Shown: in pieces, positions 61,901-64,000 of the stretch
How positions within the stretch are numbered: position 1 is the stretch's first letter
Layout of the letters: the number at the start of each line of letters is the position of its first letter
NCBI RefSeq assembly: GCF_001194135.2
Contig: NC_068993.1
Location: forward strand, 16,682,272-16,746,271
Length of the DNA: 64,000 nt
Direction of reading: 5' to 3'
DNA from: Octopus bimaculoides
Lineage: Eukaryota
Notes under the pieces: model-generated
Seen by the model: only the letters and a program-made list of their open reading frames with translations
Database searches by the model: none
Told to the model about the DNA's origin: nothing
Program-made: the position numbers and the translations under genes

Positions 61901-63230
61901 TTATCTTTCTCGGGCTTAGAAAATAGTGTTTAAAAATTGATCCATAAAAAGTGTCTTGATGTTAGGTTTCTTCACAAAACAAGAACAAAGAACTAAAATA
62001 AATAAAAAGAACCCCCTCCCCAAAATCCCTAGAAAGATATATTACTAAACTAAAGCATTCTCAACATTAGGATTAAAATTATCAACAACAACCATGGCCA
62101 CTCTTCAATACTAGCACAATTGATGCACTATTAAACTCCACAATCAAAAGCCCTTCACAGTTCAGCTGTCCACTTCCTTATTTTCTTGCAATACCACAAG
62201 TGACCCATCATCATCATTGTCAGCATGTTCTACTGCTACTACCTTTTCCACAACTAAACAACAACAATAAGCATTGGAAGTCACTCATCAAAACTAGAAC
62301 ATTTGGTGACCTATCAAACAACACAAGTCCTAGCTCTTCTTTATAGTCAGGCCACTCAAATGCTTCTCAGAATAACATGAGATATTCATCACCATCATTG
62401 TCATCCTATTCTACTGCTACTACCATTACCACTACTACTACTCCAATTAGTGACGAATCATTCTTTTCTTCCCCCACTGTCCACCTCTGAATGTATACCT
62501 GACAGCTCCATCATAGATCTGCCAACTGTAAATAAAGTAAAATTATGAATGCAGGAAACTCCAAAATATGCCACTATTCACAATGTGAGAGACTATGCAA
62601 ATGCAGTGACTATAACTTCACCCATTTACCTAGGACAAGACACATTGTTCGTACAAACAATAACAGCCAAAGCCAAACCACACACCTTACACTACCACTA
62701 TTAAATGCTAAATCACATTTAATAACTTCTACACATGTAACTTGGAATCCTAAAATCTGTTACTATTCCCAACATGAAAGATTATATCTGATGTGTGACT
62801 TTCCTTTCACTTGATGCGCTAGTAAAAGCATGACACCAAACCACTATTGAATCCACAGTAGAAACATTCCTTCCAGTGGCTGTGTTGGTCCAGACTTTCA
62901 TCGAAACACAGTAGTCACCCAGATATCTACTGTAAAATCAACAGTTGCAAACCATATTACTACAACCATATTCAACAGAGCAATCATACCAACTCCAGAC
63001 AACAACCCCTCCCAAAACAAGAAAATTCCTTTTTAGCAGTGATGTACCTGGCAAAAGAAATAAAGAAAAACTTCTGGCCCTCACACAACACCAACCACTA
63101 TTATTACCCCAGTGCACAACCACATACCATTGCTGTCATTAACCTGCAAACTCAACTCAATAATAATGTCAAATGTACAAGGTCTTTCACACTTCACAAA
63201 TTAACTTGTCATTTTAGCCACTGACTTATG

Positions 63231-63520
63231 ACCGTGAGGTTGTGAGTTCAAATCCCAGACCGGGCTGTGTGTTGTGTTCTTGAGAAAAACACTTTATTTC
63301 ACGTTGCTCCAGTTTACTCAGCTGTAGAAATGAGTTGTGATGCCACTGGTGCCAAGTTGTATCAGCCTTTGCCTTGGATAACATTGGTGGCATGAAGAGG
63401 GGAGGCTGGTATGCATGGGCGACTGCTGGTCTTCCATAAACAACCTTGCCTGGACTTATGCCTTAGAGGGTAACTTTCTAGGTGCAATCCCATGGTCATT
63501 CGTGACTGAAGGGGGTCTCC
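63231..63520 (+). mobile_element. SINE family C, 5' end of the head missing
   Basis: B-box-like GAGTTCAAATCCC, core 'gttgtgttcttgagaaaaacactttatttc' and the same 3' end as the other copies. Confidence 0.85.
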
Positions 63521-64000
63521 AATGTAATGTGTCAGAGTATTAAATATGTCATGAAACATATAACAGGTCTTGGCTCCATAATTTGAATAGCAAACCATCT
63601 GATGTGACTAGATGATTAGATGAGCCTATTAGAAAATTCCTATGTAGTTGCTCAACCTGATAGAAATAGTTATGAAATCTTCCCTAAATCACACACATCT
63701 TACTGTCATAGAAAGAGAGACATTGAATAGTAAAGGGTATAATATGTCTGGAAAAAGAGATGGAATGGTCATGGAAGGATCTAAACAGATGGAATTAAAA
63801 ATGTGATAGGAAATCAGTTTTGAATTTGTCTTGATGACCTTAATAAAAGAGAATTTGGTTGCTCCTAAATAGTCAGAAAGATAGAGAGAGAGAGACCAGA
63901 AATTTAGCAGGAATTACAATGAATTTACTGAAGATAGAAGATATATACATTATATGAAATTATTTTAACATCAGAAACTGAGGAATAATTGTTTTCCAAT

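Overview
AT-rich animal genomic DNA dominated by repeats, with three assembly gaps and many (TA)n/(CA)n/(CAT)n microsatellites. The SINE/LINE repertoire looks like that of an octopus; this is inferred from remembered repeat families, not from a search. No intact protein-coding gene, tRNA/rRNA gene or CRISPR array can be supported, and most ORF-track entries are microsatellite read-throughs or decayed transposon frames. Recognisable content: a near full-length dead DD37D (maT) Tc1/mariner element, many RTE-clade LINE fragments, an RLE-type (CRE-like) non-LTR remnant, three tRNA-headed SINE families, one abundant unclassified repeat and several MITEs with target-site duplications. The main leads are (1) up to five hammerhead-ribozyme-like motifs of the Penelope type, (2) a 29-bp minisatellite whose unit is a hairpin carrying paired AGGTCA half-sites, (3) a lone ankyrin-repeat-like exon whose donor appears broken at a TA tract, and (4) a head-to-tail tandem SINE array. 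None of these is shown to be functional.
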